Origin: Chlorokybus atmophyticus
Lineage: Eukaryota > Plantae > Mesostigma and Chlorokybus algae
Direction: 5' to 3'
Length of the DNA: 64,000 bases
Assembly: GCA_009103225.1 (NCBI GenBank)
Contig: RHPI01003129.1
Coordinates: 1 to 64,000 of the forward strand
Shown: positions 37,063-49,831 of the stretch, piece after piece
Layout: each line of letters starts with the position of its first letter
How positions within the stretch are numbered: the stretch's first letter is position 1
Notes under the pieces: model-generated
What the model saw: only the letters and a program-made list of their open reading frames with translations
The model's database searches: none
What the model was told of the DNA's origin: nothing
Made by a program: the position numbers and the translations under genes

Positions 37063-38435
37063 CAGGGGCAAGAACAGAGAGGCAACTAGCTGGCACACGC
37101 GCTAGAACCATGCATGCACCTGTAGGCGATGAAGCGGCGGGTAAGCGGCTGGTTGACAGCACCACAAGACTCTCTACAGCGCCGGCGCCGGCGCTGGGCG
37201 GGCTTTAGACAGCAGTGCCAGCAACCTCGCCGCCCAGAGGTCGCAAACCCTAGTGGTTTGATGGGTTTTAAGGCGTGGCGTGCTGATAAGTGTCAACACA
37301 ATACCCTGCCACAGGCGGAGGCCTGTCAGAGGCCAAAACACCGCCACAATCGGCTGCCAAGCAGCCAATTTGCCTAGTCCGAAGTTAGGCAAACTTCACT
37401 TTTCAGCCCTTTTCACACACACCCCACTTTGAGCGGGTGGTGATAGCGCCATACTTATCCGTTAAGCGAGCTTAATAGCTCATCGCAACCGTCAACAGCT
37501 CACCTTTTCAACGAGCCATCATGCGTCGTAAACGGTCAACTATGCCGTACGCCACAGCCTATCGTTCAAAAGATTTCCGAAGTATAGGCAAAACACCCTA
37601 GCGCCTACTTTAAGTTCTTACGAATGCCGCAAGAAAAGAAAGCAGCGATCCAACGCCCTTTGCTGCAGGCGTACCAGTCTACCGCGCGCTACGCCTACCA
37701 CAGCAGCTGCTGGCCACGGTCCCTACCTTGGGCGCGGGGCCGCGGGGGCACGCACCGGCCGATCTTGATCTTGTGCGGCCCGCTGCTATGCCACCGTTCG
37801 ATGGCATGTCCCCCTCTGACATGTATGACGCATCTCGCGGCCGCAATCTAGAGACCCAGCAAGCTACTGTGTGCGCTGATTGCCTGCGGAGACCTCAGTT
37901 CCAAGGCCTACGCACGTACGCCGCTGCATGGATTGGTCAGCACCCAGCGGGCCGCGCAGGCTTTAGTACCTAGAACCTAGGCTACCACTTATGAGTCATA
38001 GTCTGTGACAGTAGCACTGTCGCTGAATGCTGACAAGGCTGGCGGCGGCATGCTCGCGATTGTGTGACACAAGTTGTGTCAGCTGTGCCGCAGCAGGCAC
38101 TTGGGACCCTCACACATGAAATTTTGACGCAAATGTCCCGGTCCATTGCGCACACTCCACGTTCAGCACCAGTAGCGGTAGGCCTAGGTACTTAAAGTGA
38201 AACCTTAACGGATTTGCCTTGGCAGTATGTTGTATTTTATTGTGGTATTTTCTTGTTTGGGTTGCCAGAGTCGTAGCTGACTTTGAAAGCTGAGCAGCCG
38301 CTGCCTGGCCTTGCATCGCTGCTGTAAGTTCTTCGATCTCGCTGCGACGGCGGTGGTGGTCTATCAGGCCACAGCGGCGGCAGCATGACGAGCAGCAGCA
38401 TGTGCTCGCTACCTCGCCGCCGCCCGCGGTTTGCC

Positions 38436-40698
38436 ATGCCGCCGACGCTGTGGCTGTTGCTGACCAACCTCCTGCTCCTGGCGGGCGCCTTGCCACGGAC
38501 AACGGCGCAGGACAACACCGCTGGCAGGTACCACAGGCGGTGCCACAAAGCATGCATGCTGCATGTTGTACGTCTGCTCAGGTCGGTGATGTGCGACATT
38601 GCACGTTTACTCGACAGCATTTATTATTCATGACGAACATGCTTGCCCTGTTTGCAGCACATGTGCGGCGGTGCTGAGTGCAGGCATCTACAACGTGATC
38701 CAGACCTCCAACTCCTCCTACTCCTACAACAGCTTCCATTCGTCCATGTGCAGCTTCTCATCAAGCTACACGTATACGCAGGTGTGTGCACGGTTTTGCA
38801 ACTCTTGCATGGCTTGCCTGGCTAGCCGCCACTCTGGCCTGCACATGCGCCTCACTGCAATCCTTTGAGCACACCTATGTTCTGCACATATGGGTTGTAA
38901 GCATGCACTGCTGGAACCAACTTTCAATACGAGTGCTGACCTGACGTATCCCTCTTGTCATCTGATGACAGTACTTGTCGGAGATACGGACAGGAAGCAC
39001 CACAACCACCGCCTTCACTGCCAATGCAAATGCGCATGTCTTTGGCATCTTCTCAGGTGGTAGGTTCTTGTTTGTTCCTTGGAGTGTGCGTGCATCATTA
39101 CTCTGTGGTTGCTTGGCCGCAAGTTTCCGCAACCCGTACATGGGCTGTCTTTCTCATGTTGCATACCCGCCATGCGCATGGACTGTTGATAACATTGCCT
39201 GCAAACTTGTACGCTTGCGTCTGCTGGTGCCAGGCGGGAGTGGCTCATACACGCGAACTGAGATGACGGAGCAGCAGTTCACAACATACATGTCTGCAGT
39301 GACAGCGTACCAGAGCAGCCAGTGCGGCAGCTCTTCTGGCATTGCTATAGGCGACAGCACAGTCACCACGCTGCAAAGGTGAGTAGTAGTGTACATGTAT
39401 TTGTTCATCTGATATACATTCTTGCCCATCACGTTACTGAGTCAGGGCAGGCGCTAGTTGCAACTTCTATAGCAAAATCGACTGGTGAGTCTCCAGTTTC
39501 TTACAGTCTTGTCTGCTGCTGCAGAATCATTGAGCCGGCGGTGATGAACGCATACATCGCGTGCCTGCAGCTCTACACCGGCGGCGTGCGTATCCGTCAG
39601 ACATCCGGCGTTGGTTCGACCAGCGTTGCTCTGGACGTGCGCTTCATCCCCACAGAGCCGGGAGCCGTTGCGTACATCACGGGCGTGATCATCTCACCCG
39701 CAAAGAGTGCTTCCTGCACGCTGCTCGGCCCCAACGCTGCGCCCCGCACAAACATCAGCCAGATCCGCTTGCAGCCCAACGCAGTGTATTCTGTTGTGTG
39801 CGTCGCATCGTCCTCCACTGTGAACGCACGCGGCGCGACGGATATCTTCGTCTCCACCTCCATCGGCGGCACGTACCGCGCGATCCTCTTTCGCACGCCG
39901 ACCAGCTCACAGGTGGCGCAGGTAGAGCAGAAGATCAACTCCCTCGCCGCCAGCGTGGACGACCTCGCCAACGTGCTCTTCACCAAGTTGTACCGCAGCA
40001 ACTTGCGCCTGGTGGCTCTTGAGAACAGGGTGCCCACACTGACCTCCGGCGTGCAGCAGCTGCAGCAGCGAGCCAACGACATTGAGGCCGCGCAGGGCCT
40101 CCTCTCTACCAAGGTAGATGTGGTGGCGCCCTCCCTCGCCAACGTGCGCAACCTCTTCGAATCGGGTTCCGGCTCTTTCTGCGTCATCATGAAGGGCAGT
40201 GTTTGTCCAGCAGGCTGGGTGCAGGGCTCCATGTCTCATCGCTACGCTTCCCCGCCTGCGTGGATAAAGCGAACCTCCACCGCGGGCAACATGGGCTTCT
40301 TTGTGCCCAGCGATAGCGGGCAGATGAGCAATGCCACCCTCACCAATTGCAGGGTGACAAGCGTACTGGACCCTAGCAGACCATGTGATGTCGATCGTGG
40401 GTGTCCCTACAAAGATGCATACACATGTGACCAAAGCGCCCCCACCATCAATTTGGACCTCCGTCAACCCTCAGCTGTTGACACACCTGTGTATTCTGGA
40501 GACTCTCGTGTACTTCAATATGAAAGACAGCCAGTGTTTGACTTCTACTTGTTTGGAGGAGCCACTCATGGCATTACCCCCGGCGTGCAACGATCTGGTC
40601 CTGACACCCTCCCCGCACACGAGGAGCCACAGCTCTGGCAAGTTATCAACACCTGCTGCTACGGTAGCGCGCCCGACAGCTTTCAAGGTGTTTATTAA
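38436..40698 (+). CDS. Secreted protein (~539 aa): Cys-containing N-terminal domain, coiled coil, apextrin-like C-terminal domain; 5 exons
   Basis: Exons 38436-38527, 38658-38781, 38972-39056, 39234-39378, 39525-40698, all GT-AG and in frame (1620 nt). Signal peptide MPPTLWLLLTNLLLLAGALPRTTA; heptads VAQVEQKINSLAASVDDL...VQQLQQRANDIEA; GSFCVIMKGSVCPAGWVQG...CC. Confidence 0.85.
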
Positions 40699-43624
40699 GC
40701 TATGCTACCGAACATGAGTACCAGCTAGGGAGAACAGCATTGGCCTGATGTCAATCCGTCTAGAGTTGCTGGTTTGTGCAAACGTTGGAATAAAGTCGTC
40801 TTTGTCTAGGTGAACCTTCTGGTAAAATAAAGTGTCGAGTCTACTCTATAAGCAGCATAGCTTGGTCACTCACAGTCTGACGCTGTCATTCTCCTGTCTT
40901 GCGCCCGAGGCATTGTCCAAGGCTTGGTGAGCGGCCACAAGCCCACAATTTGAGGTCGATGACAGCCTTGCTGCATCATGCGGCAAGGCTCCTTGACGTT
41001 AAAGTTCAAGGTTAAGCCCCTCCACTCACGCTCCATGTACAGGTGCAAGTACACACACATGCACATACACGCGCTCTCTTGCACAGAACCAACACAAATA
41101 TGCGCATACACGCACCAGCTCTCTCGCAACATGCAATCCTTGTCCGCCAAGCGCTTTGCTCTGCAAGCAAATCACTTCAAGCACTTCAAAACAAATCAGT
41201 CCCACTCTAGTACTGCAACTAGTACTGTGACCATAGCAGAACAACAGTGTTCACAAGATGACGTGCTGTGATGTGTTTATGCCAGCGTTGACACAGACTG
41301 TGAACCTTACATGTCATTGTTGTTCTGGTCAACTGCGCCAGCGGCTAACTGTGCGCGGGGTACCGGTGTATTTTGGTATACAGCTTCCAATGCAGAAACT
41401 TTGTCGGCTCTCCCTGCCAATGGCTGTGCCAATGCCATGGGGATAAACCTTCTGCACGCCTAGAAGGGGGAGTGTACAAAAGTTGGAGTGCTGATAAGAC
41501 CGTATGCATGGGGTCATAAGCATGAGGCATGCATGTTGTCATGCACACGCCGCAAGCAAGCAGTCACAGTGCTATTTCACCACCTGGCTAGGTACTTCGA
41601 ACGCACTAAGTTCCACCACTTGGCTACCCCGTTAGTCATGCATGCATGACTGTATGTTCCATTACCACCTGCAGTTGGCAGCAGCAGCAGCATCAGCCAA
41701 TGTTGCACGGTCGTGCAGCGGTATGAGAGTACGAGCATGAGCATGCAGCGTGTGAATGCGCCCTCTCCTGTCTCTTCGCCTCCTCCTCTCCCTTCCCCTC
41801 TCTCGCCTCCTCCTCTCTCGCCCGTCTCTCTCGTCTCCCGCCACGTCCGTCTCTCTTGCTGGCGACGCAGCAACCCTTGTTGAGGGAGGGTCCCTCTGCT
41901 CCGCCTCTCTGCCTTGCCCTGTCTCCTTGGGTGCGTAGTGCCAGCCCGCACTGCATGCAGTAGTAGCGGCGCTGTTCTGTCTCCAATAGACAAATCACCC
42001 TGTTTCACTGGTGCATTACCTCGCCTCTTTGGCTTGTTGTGTAAAGCAAACTTGACAGATAGCATTGATATTATCGGATACACAGGGTTGATCAACAGGG
42101 TTCAAACCTGACACCTGCAATTCGCTGGAGTGCATCACCAAATTAGCCACACGCATTGATACGAGCATGCGCATCCACGCCGCAGGAAACTCTTCATAGT
42201 GCCATTGGTTCGGTTACGTTGGGCTGGGGTACAATGACAGTGGTTTCAGCAACCAACCCTCGCGTAACACGCCAAGCTCGCCTCCAGCCTGCTGCAAGCA
42301 GACTACAAGCTCCAGCAACAAAGACAACCACAAGACGCTTGCTAATCGATACCAGCTGAGCATTCACATGGTCGTAATACAACCAGACTTGACCGCAACC
42401 AGCTACACACTCAAACACAGAAAAGTAGATGATGCTAATGCTCAGCTGCCACAGCTCGATCAATCGTATGTGACAGAGCTGCAACGGTGCTCGCTGTGGA
42501 TCATACAGCACAAGCAGGCTCCAAGCCTTAGCACAAAAACCGGCAAGTCAGTAGTGCAGACGCTCACGCTACATAAACTGCGTAGCTGCTGATGGTGCAG
42601 GTAATTGGCAGATGCTATGCATGCTTGCATGTCTCTAACGGGGTGTTGGTGTTGGTAGTGTTAGTAGTGAAGGTAGATTAGGTCAGCCCGGTGGTAAACT
42701 ATTGAACAACTACGGCTACCTGCATGTTGTATGTTGTCTACACTCACATGTTTCCGTGCATACATACACCGCATTGCATGTACAAACTGCAGCGTGATGA
42801 CGGTGGCATTTTATGCAGTAAGGTGCATGAAAAGTGAGCAAGACAAGCATGAAAACTGCAAGTCACACGCACAGCTTCAGGCTCCAAGCGTGCAGTTGAG
42901 CTTGCAACGCTTGCCAGAGCTGCTCCCAGCTTGCTACACCGCTTCAGTAAGCTCGACCATTTGCACACTGCAAGGAGGTTCGACAGCGCCAGGACAACTG
43001 CAGCAACAGAGTTTGTCCAAAGTGCAAGCTAGCCAACCGCAAGTCTACAGCTGTTCACGTAAGAGCTGCAAGCTCCATGCTTCAGCTTTTGCATGGGCAG
43101 CAAGCAGCAGCATAGTCCACGCAAAAGGCTGCAGTAAAGCTGCCTAGACCTAAGTTACCACCTTACCAGGTTAAGCCATAAGTTCTGAGCCCATGCTGGT
43201 CTGGAGAGCGCGGCAGTTCTGCTCCACAGGCGGCAGTCGTAATCGGCAGGCAGGCTGCCGAATACGTCACTACGTATGCATGTGTGCAGCAGGGTAAACA
43301 CGCCTTGTGGCACAAGTGCTTGCCCCCATTTAAGCTGCACAATGCTAGGAAACGTCAGTGTGTTGGTACTGACAGCATTCTGCACTGCTGCGTTCACGCT
43401 CAACAAGCGCCGCACAGCATGCAGCAGCATGTATGTATGCACGCAACATTGAGCATCCAGGGCAACTACATGAAGTTGTTGTTGTTGCTGGGTTTTGCTA
43501 TTGACAGCAGGCTGAACTGGCTTACAGAACATCACAGTAGCTTGAAAAACGGTGTCCACCTCATAAGCTTTTCATCATAGGCTCATTGTGGGCACACGTA
43601 CCTCTTATCTTCAGTTCAGACACA

Positions 43625-43905
43625 CACGTTCAGAAGCACACCTGGGCTCTCCTCTTGATGACAAATGACGCGACGAATTGACACAACAGCGCGGAGGACG
43701 CACGCAACACCAACACCAAGGCCTTCTTGATAATGTTGTCCATTAACCACACGAGTCTGGGGGGAGAGTTGCGAACTTCTTCCAATTCGTGGACGGTGTT
43801 GAGGGTGTTGAACAGCCAGAAACGCTGACGAGTGGTCTTCTTGTGGATGCTGCGCAGGAGGCTGTTGGGTGCGCCGATGCCCTTCAGCACGGTGACTGTC
43901 CAGTG
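43625..43905 (-). other. Exon-like open segment, possibly part of a decayed TE accessory gene
   Basis: ACAAG acceptor, HWTVTVLKG...RFWLFNTL...RRAQ, CAG|GTGTGC donor. Product not established. Confidence 0.3.
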
Positions 43906-44969
43906 CCTTGTGTATATGGCTAAGTCGTAGGAATGTCACTTATGTGTGTGGCCGTCACCCATGCCCAGCACGCCTCTCGCTTCCTGTGCAACAAAAAGCC
44001 CACGCACCTGGAGAAAATGACTCGTCGTGTCCGCTCCCTAGCACACACTATGCACACAGGCTAAAAGTGGCATGCACATGCGTTTTTAACAGACCAGCAC
44101 GCATGTGCTGGCTGGCTTTTCATCCAAACACGTCATTGATATATTCAAGCGGTATAACAAGAAGTCTATGGCCACCATTGTCATCGTGCTCAGCATGATG
44201 CAGTACATATGGGGCATGAACTCTCAGTTGCGTGCACTACTTGCGTTGCTCACCTGAGCAGACCACATGTGCCGTGCGTTGGTCTGTGCAATGTTGACGG
44301 TCGACCGCGATGAATCTGGCGGTCGACTGGCGATCGACCGGCTTGATTTCACAGCTGAACCGCTATTGAACACAATCGCTAAATTACAAGGCTGACTTTC
44401 ACCGGTCAAATCTATAAAAAGGATAGACAAAAGCTCCCCTCCTATACTTGAGTTGGCTCACTTGTAACAACTATATGTGAGCCACAAGTTGTTCAATTAT
44501 AATTGTATATGAGCTATACATAATTAGCTAGTTTATAACAAATTATATTATAATATATAAAGGTTTTAGAATTGCTTAAAAGGCGTATCATACCCTCTGG
44601 CGTAATCAATCTAAATTACCCCCGTGCGTTTTCCAACTCATCTTGTACGATGGGTGTCTTAAAGTAGCATTTGAACAAATAATGAGCTACGATTAGCGAG
44701 CATGCTCTTGAACTCATTGCATTGTTTTGACGGAATTAGTGAATTGCATGTGCATTGTAAAGGATACACTTGTGAGCACAATCTTCTCGGCTTGAATTGG
44801 CTTAGATAAAAGGCTCTTTGGAGGAGAGTTTTCTCAGTTAACTTCTCATCTTCACCTCATTTCCACAGTACTGAAGCAATGGATATCCAAATATGCCAAC
44901 TAGCGATCGTATCTGTCAATCATATCTTCGTATTGTCATGTGCAATGTATATGACCCTCACCTATAAGG

Positions 44970-45021
44970 CCATCCGTATATTTGCGTAATCAACATCGCG
45001 ATTACGCAAATATACGGATGG
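44970..45021. repeat. Perfect inverted repeat, 22-bp arms, 8-nt loop
   Basis: CCATCCGTATATTTGCGTAATC-AACATCGC-GATTACGCAAATATACGGATGG. Confidence 0.92.
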
Positions 45022-45639
45022 AAACCCCCAAAAATGGATAAACCAAAAATCATGATGCAAATGATGAATAAAACACATAAACAACGTGTGCATCTACGTC
45101 TGCACTTGGCGTGAAGTGCAGTGTGCGGGTGTGAGTGAGTGCAAGTGGGTGGATGCAGTGTGTGCAGTTTTACGTGTCAGTTAATGACCGCTGTCGCATT
45201 GAATATGGCGATTGAACTACTATGGCACGCAGAAAAAGCCGCTGCCATAGCAGAAGCCATGCATCTCATATATGTCTAAGAATCAGTATAAGTTTCAACT
45301 GCACTAATGTATGAGGATAAAAGGCCGATGCATACTCATACTCAATAGTGTTATGAGTATTACGAGATGTAAAGTATTGGATATTTTGGTATTGCTCTGT
45401 ATGTGTTGTGCAATGGCTACCATTGCTGCTGTCGCTATCGCTTCTGTGAATATTAACGTAGTGCTATGAAGGCTTTATGGAGGGTGTCAATGCATGCAGC
45501 GAATGCTTAGGGCTCATCATGCAGAACTTAGCCATGGCCAAATTCATATGCATATTGCCATGTCAGTGAAGCCGAAATGATGGCTATAGTAAGGTTCCCA
45601 TTATCAACCACAGAACTCGAGTATCTACTGGCCACCTCC

Positions 45640-47100
45640 GTCACTTTTAAGAGGGTCCGAAGGTTGAGGACAAGGTCTTATTAGACATTGGGAACATTAG
45701 GCTCAACCACTGACAAGTCTAGTGGTGTGTGTAAGTTCCTGCCATGGTGGCTTGGGCCGTTCACTATTTGCAACTGTAAGAACACATGCCTTTAGCTGTA
45801 GCTGTATGGCTCGAATCTCAAAAGAACATGCGTATCCACAATGTGTTTCATGAGGCACTACTCAAGCCATACAGCGTGATGGCCGCGTACAGCCACCTCC
45901 ACCTCCTGTTGAGGTAGAGGTGGAGGGCATAGGGCGACCTTAAGTATGAGGTTTGGGCCATTGGCGAACGGTTCAGGAAGGGCTTCCGAGTTGAGTACCT
46001 TGTAAAGTGGATGGTTATGGTGAAGAGCATAACTTCTTGGAGCCAATCGTCAACTTGGCAAACTATGCTGCTTGCAAATCCACATGTGCCACTTAAGACT
46101 CTTCAAACAGAGCATGTGCTCAGTTGCAACATGTGCAACATTCTCTTCTGTGACATGTCAATATGCGCGCACTGTTACTTAATATTACACAATGAGGGTC
46201 TTCCATTAGGTCACATCAGCAAAAGGCGCTGATTGTGGAGGATATCATTTGGAGTTATGCTACATTTTTGATACTTAATATCTAAATTGGTTGTCACTCC
46301 TCCCGTGACTTACACATTAATTTATGCGTACTACTACTATTAATGTGCGATGATTAAAAGGGTTGGCCACCCTTGCTGGCAATGCAATTATCGTGTGGGG
46401 CTTGTGCTCCATCATTTTGTAAGGTGGAAGTTGCAATGCAAGTGGGGATCCCCACTTGCATTCGGACAAGACACTCTTTCGGACGTGACATTCCTCCGGA
46501 GGAATGTCATGTCCGAAGGACTGGCTTAAGTCACTCTCAGTTCCTTATGTGGTAAGTAAGAGCTGAGTGAGGATTTTGTATAGTCATGGTATGTGTAGCA
46601 CTTGGCATACGTACTACATATCACTAGTACTCATGAAGTGGTCATGTACTTGGTGCATCAAGACATAGCAACTACACGAGGCACTGTCCAACAGTAGGTT
46701 TTAGACCGGTCAGTGTCAACCGCAGAGTTGCTAAGGCACTTAGCAGCTTGCAACAAGAGTGCTGCATATGTCGATGTGCCCGACGATGGACAAGGTCAGC
46801 ATGTGCTGACAAATCAGCGCATAGGTGATGAGGCCTTGTTGGCCTCGGACATCTTATGTGTTCAGGCATAGAGCAGCGGGTTGTATAAAAGCATGACCAT
46901 CACCTTGTGGTGGTAAGGAGTTACTGGCCTAGCAAGAACACTTTTGTGGGGTGCCTGGCCAAAGCTGTTGAAAAGGCTCTCCCCATCTAAACTGTTGTGG
47001 GTTATAAATAGTTGCAAGATGTGTGGTAAAGTTCATCTACTTGTGCGGATGTTTGTGCCTCTTGGAGTCTTCAACGCTCAGTAGCAAATGAGAGGTAAGT
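45640..47100 (+). mobile_element. Old 3' remnant of a chromovirus-type Ty3 (GPY/F, chromodomain, PPT, decayed LTR)
   Basis: DKVLLDIGNIRL, KFLPWWLGPFTI, MRIHNVFH, QPPPPP, YLVKW..YGEEHN. GTTGCAATGCAAGTGGGGA equals the PPT region of the 22680-27538 element. From TGTCATG at 46505 the sequence resembles that family's LTR (AAGTCACTCTC, GTCAGCATGTGCTG, GTATAAAAGC). Right boundary approximate. Confidence 0.75.
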
Positions 47101-48390
47101 CAATGTGACAACCACACACTTTACAGCATCTCCCTACCACTACAAAGGGACCTTGATTAATAAACCACCCACGTATACAAGAAGTTTTTGATCCCCTTTT
47201 CCCGCAACACTTTGATCTACAAATGAACAATGAACATTACATGTTGATAACTTGGCAAGAAACTCAGCAAGAAGATGCTATCGCTTAAGCAATAGCAGCA
47301 CTACGCAATCACTAATAACTGAGCCACCAAAGCGCAAAAGACGGAGCACGCGCTTAACACGCTATGCGCGAAGTGCATCTTGCAACCCACAAAAACACAA
47401 TAATAGCGATCACACATAACGCTGGCGTAGTTCGTCGCGTCACGTCTCCTCTACTACCATGTTATCTTGGTGCACCTACTAACACATGTCCACATGTTGC
47501 TACTTTGATTCTACCATGTATGCAGCATCGACATATACATAGCACTGCAAATTCATGCAATGACATCTCCTTCTACTTATACACTAGCATGTCTAGCTAC
47601 CTGTACAGTGAATAGGCTACACGAGGGTGATGCCCTCCCCTCTCGCCCTCCTCGCCCCTCCTCCTTGCAAATGCACTTGCTGAGTAGGGTTTGATGGGAT
47701 GTGCCAGTGCCACACGCTCACAACACAGCCGTTGTTGAACAATCTCAGCTGAGGCACAAATCGCATACAATACAACAAGTTGTATTGCATAGCACCACTC
47801 TTACCAATCATTGTGGCTTCTTGCTAGTGCACACAGTGATATGGTATGGAAACTTGCTCACCACATAGCTACATCTATTCAGTCACACTACTTGTACACG
47901 GAATAAGTCAACTCCCATGTCTTAATTCAGCACAACCAATTAGGAATGCACTAATGATACATGATAAACGCTACTTGAACTTGCACTTTTCTAGCTCTAG
48001 CTCCAATCCACGCCTTCAATTATGAGTAGACCGTCTCCTTGACCAGCTCTTGACTGCCACATGGATGCCCTCTCATTCCATCAGTCCTTCCCCACTCACA
48101 ACTCTCGCAATAGCTCCGAATACACCCATCAGATCTGAGTTACGCTAATCTTTAGATATTCTTACTGTAACACGTTGAATGCACTTCCTCTCACTCAATG
48201 CATTTTACCCCCGCTAGAGACTTCGCTTTAAGAGAATCACCCCGCTAGTAGCACAGAAAGTGAGATTATCAAACGAAATGTAGGCAAATATTGGTACATA
48301 GGAGAATATGCCTAACCGCGAAGCGCATGACTTTTCATGTTGTTTTTGCAAGTGTTTATGAGCGATATGTTAAGGTCGGGGAGTAGCGCG

Positions 48391-48916
48391 TGTAACGGGA
48401 GCAATAATAATAGGGGTATTATTGCTACCTGAATAACACATTTTGTATGAATAAGTATTTAAATATGCTTATTTATACCTCTTTTCTACGGTTCCTCGCT
48501 TATTAAAGGCTATGATGCTTTATCATAGCTTAGATAAGTCCCAATGGGTGTAGAACCGCTTATTCAAGCCTATTTAGTGTCACATTCGATATAATGTGAT
48601 CACTATCTCGTTAGGTACCTTACGATAGGTATCTTTGGATAGGTACCTTATCGATAGGTACCTTATCTGAGCTGTGATTGGCTCACGCTAGATTTCCTAA
48701 CTACCCTATCTGTAGGGTCGATATCTAGTTGTGAGTTAATTATCGAGAGTTATATAGTTGATATACTCTTGATATAAAAGGTCACATCAATCTGATGTGG
48801 GGACTTTCAGTTCTCTGCTCAGTGGCGGCCACGCCGTCGAAAGGCTTGTCATAGGCGGTGTGGGTGTTGGGGTAGAGGATTGAAGGGGCATCACCGGCGA
48901 CGGTGGTGCTGTTACA
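48391..48916 (+). repeat. 5' LTR
   Basis: TGTAACGGG...TGTTACA; TATAAAAG near 48773. Confidence 0.97.
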
Positions 48917-48917
48917 T

Positions 48918-48931
48918 TGGTATCCAGGAGC
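48918..48931 (+). promoter_or_regulatory. Primer-binding site, initiator-Met-like
   Basis: TGGTATCCAGGAGC one base after the LTR; resembles TGGTATCAGAGC with two extra bases. Confidence 0.55.
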
Positions 48932-49831
48932 TGGGGGGTGACGTGGGTACTTATAGGGGGCGGCGACCTGCTTTCGGCCAATCAGAAGCGTCGGCGGCGG
49001 CCTCCTATTCGTCCACGCAGCCCAAGCTTCAAGTTCGCTTCCCTGCGCTACCTCCACGTTGAAGCCACCTATCAAAGAGGCGGCCTCTCCACGTGTGAGG
49101 TACCATCACACGTCGGTGACTTGCCTGCTTGCCTGCTTGTCAGCTGCTTGCCAGGTGCTTGCCAGGTGCACGTGTGTACTTTCATGCACATCACACAGTG
49201 GCTTGCCAGTGCACTATCATTGCTTGCAGTGATTGCCTGTCATTGCATGCGGTGATTGCGGCTTGCTAGTGTGCCATCACTGTTTGTCACACTTAGTGCA
49301 CTGTCATTGCTTGCAGTGATTGCCTGTCATTGCATGCGGTGATTGCTTGTCATTGTGCTTGCCAGTGCATGTCACAGTTAGTCACCGTGCGGCTTGCCTG
49401 TTGCATGCCTGTGACGTACCTGTGACCTGCCAGCGGCTTTGCCGGGTCGTTTGACCCGGGTCCGTAAGTTCCAAACCAAACTGTTCCCAAACCCTCCCCC
49501 TCTGGCTTCGGCCTGGAGATCGGGACTTGGTTAGGACAGTTGTGGGGAGGTTCTAGGACAATCTGTTCCCAAACCCTGTTAGTCTGAAACCCTCCCCCTC
49601 TGGCTTCGGCCTGGAGATTGGGACTTGGTTGAGGACAACACAGGGTTAGGACATTCTGGTCCCACTCAGACTTGTTCTGTTTGGTGACACTCCAGATCCA
49701 ACCTTTCCTATTTTGGGACTGGTTTGGACTCTGTTTGGGACTTTTACAACTTGGGGTCATTTTGATCCTCTCGTTAAACCTGGTCCATTGGTGAGGTTCT
49801 CACCATCCCATTCTGCCTGTTTTGCAGGCAA

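Larger units (their letters stand above)
32490..37598 (+). mobile_element. pogo/Fot1-like DNA transposon with ~23-bp TIRs and TA TSD
   Basis: Left TA|GGGTGTTTTGCCCTAACTTCGGA; right TCCGAAGTATAGGCAAAACACCC|TA. Subterminal GCCTAACTTCGGAC at about 32517, and inverted at about 37378. Confidence 0.7.

Noticed and set aside
38436-39900. MACPF pore-forming domain ahead of the apextrin-like domain
   Set aside because: The region is too short and no Y/F-G-T/S-H-Y/F-x6-GG signature was seen.
39597-40467. Long antisense ORFs (211 and 186 aa)
   Set aside because: Shadows of the GC3-rich plus-strand exon.
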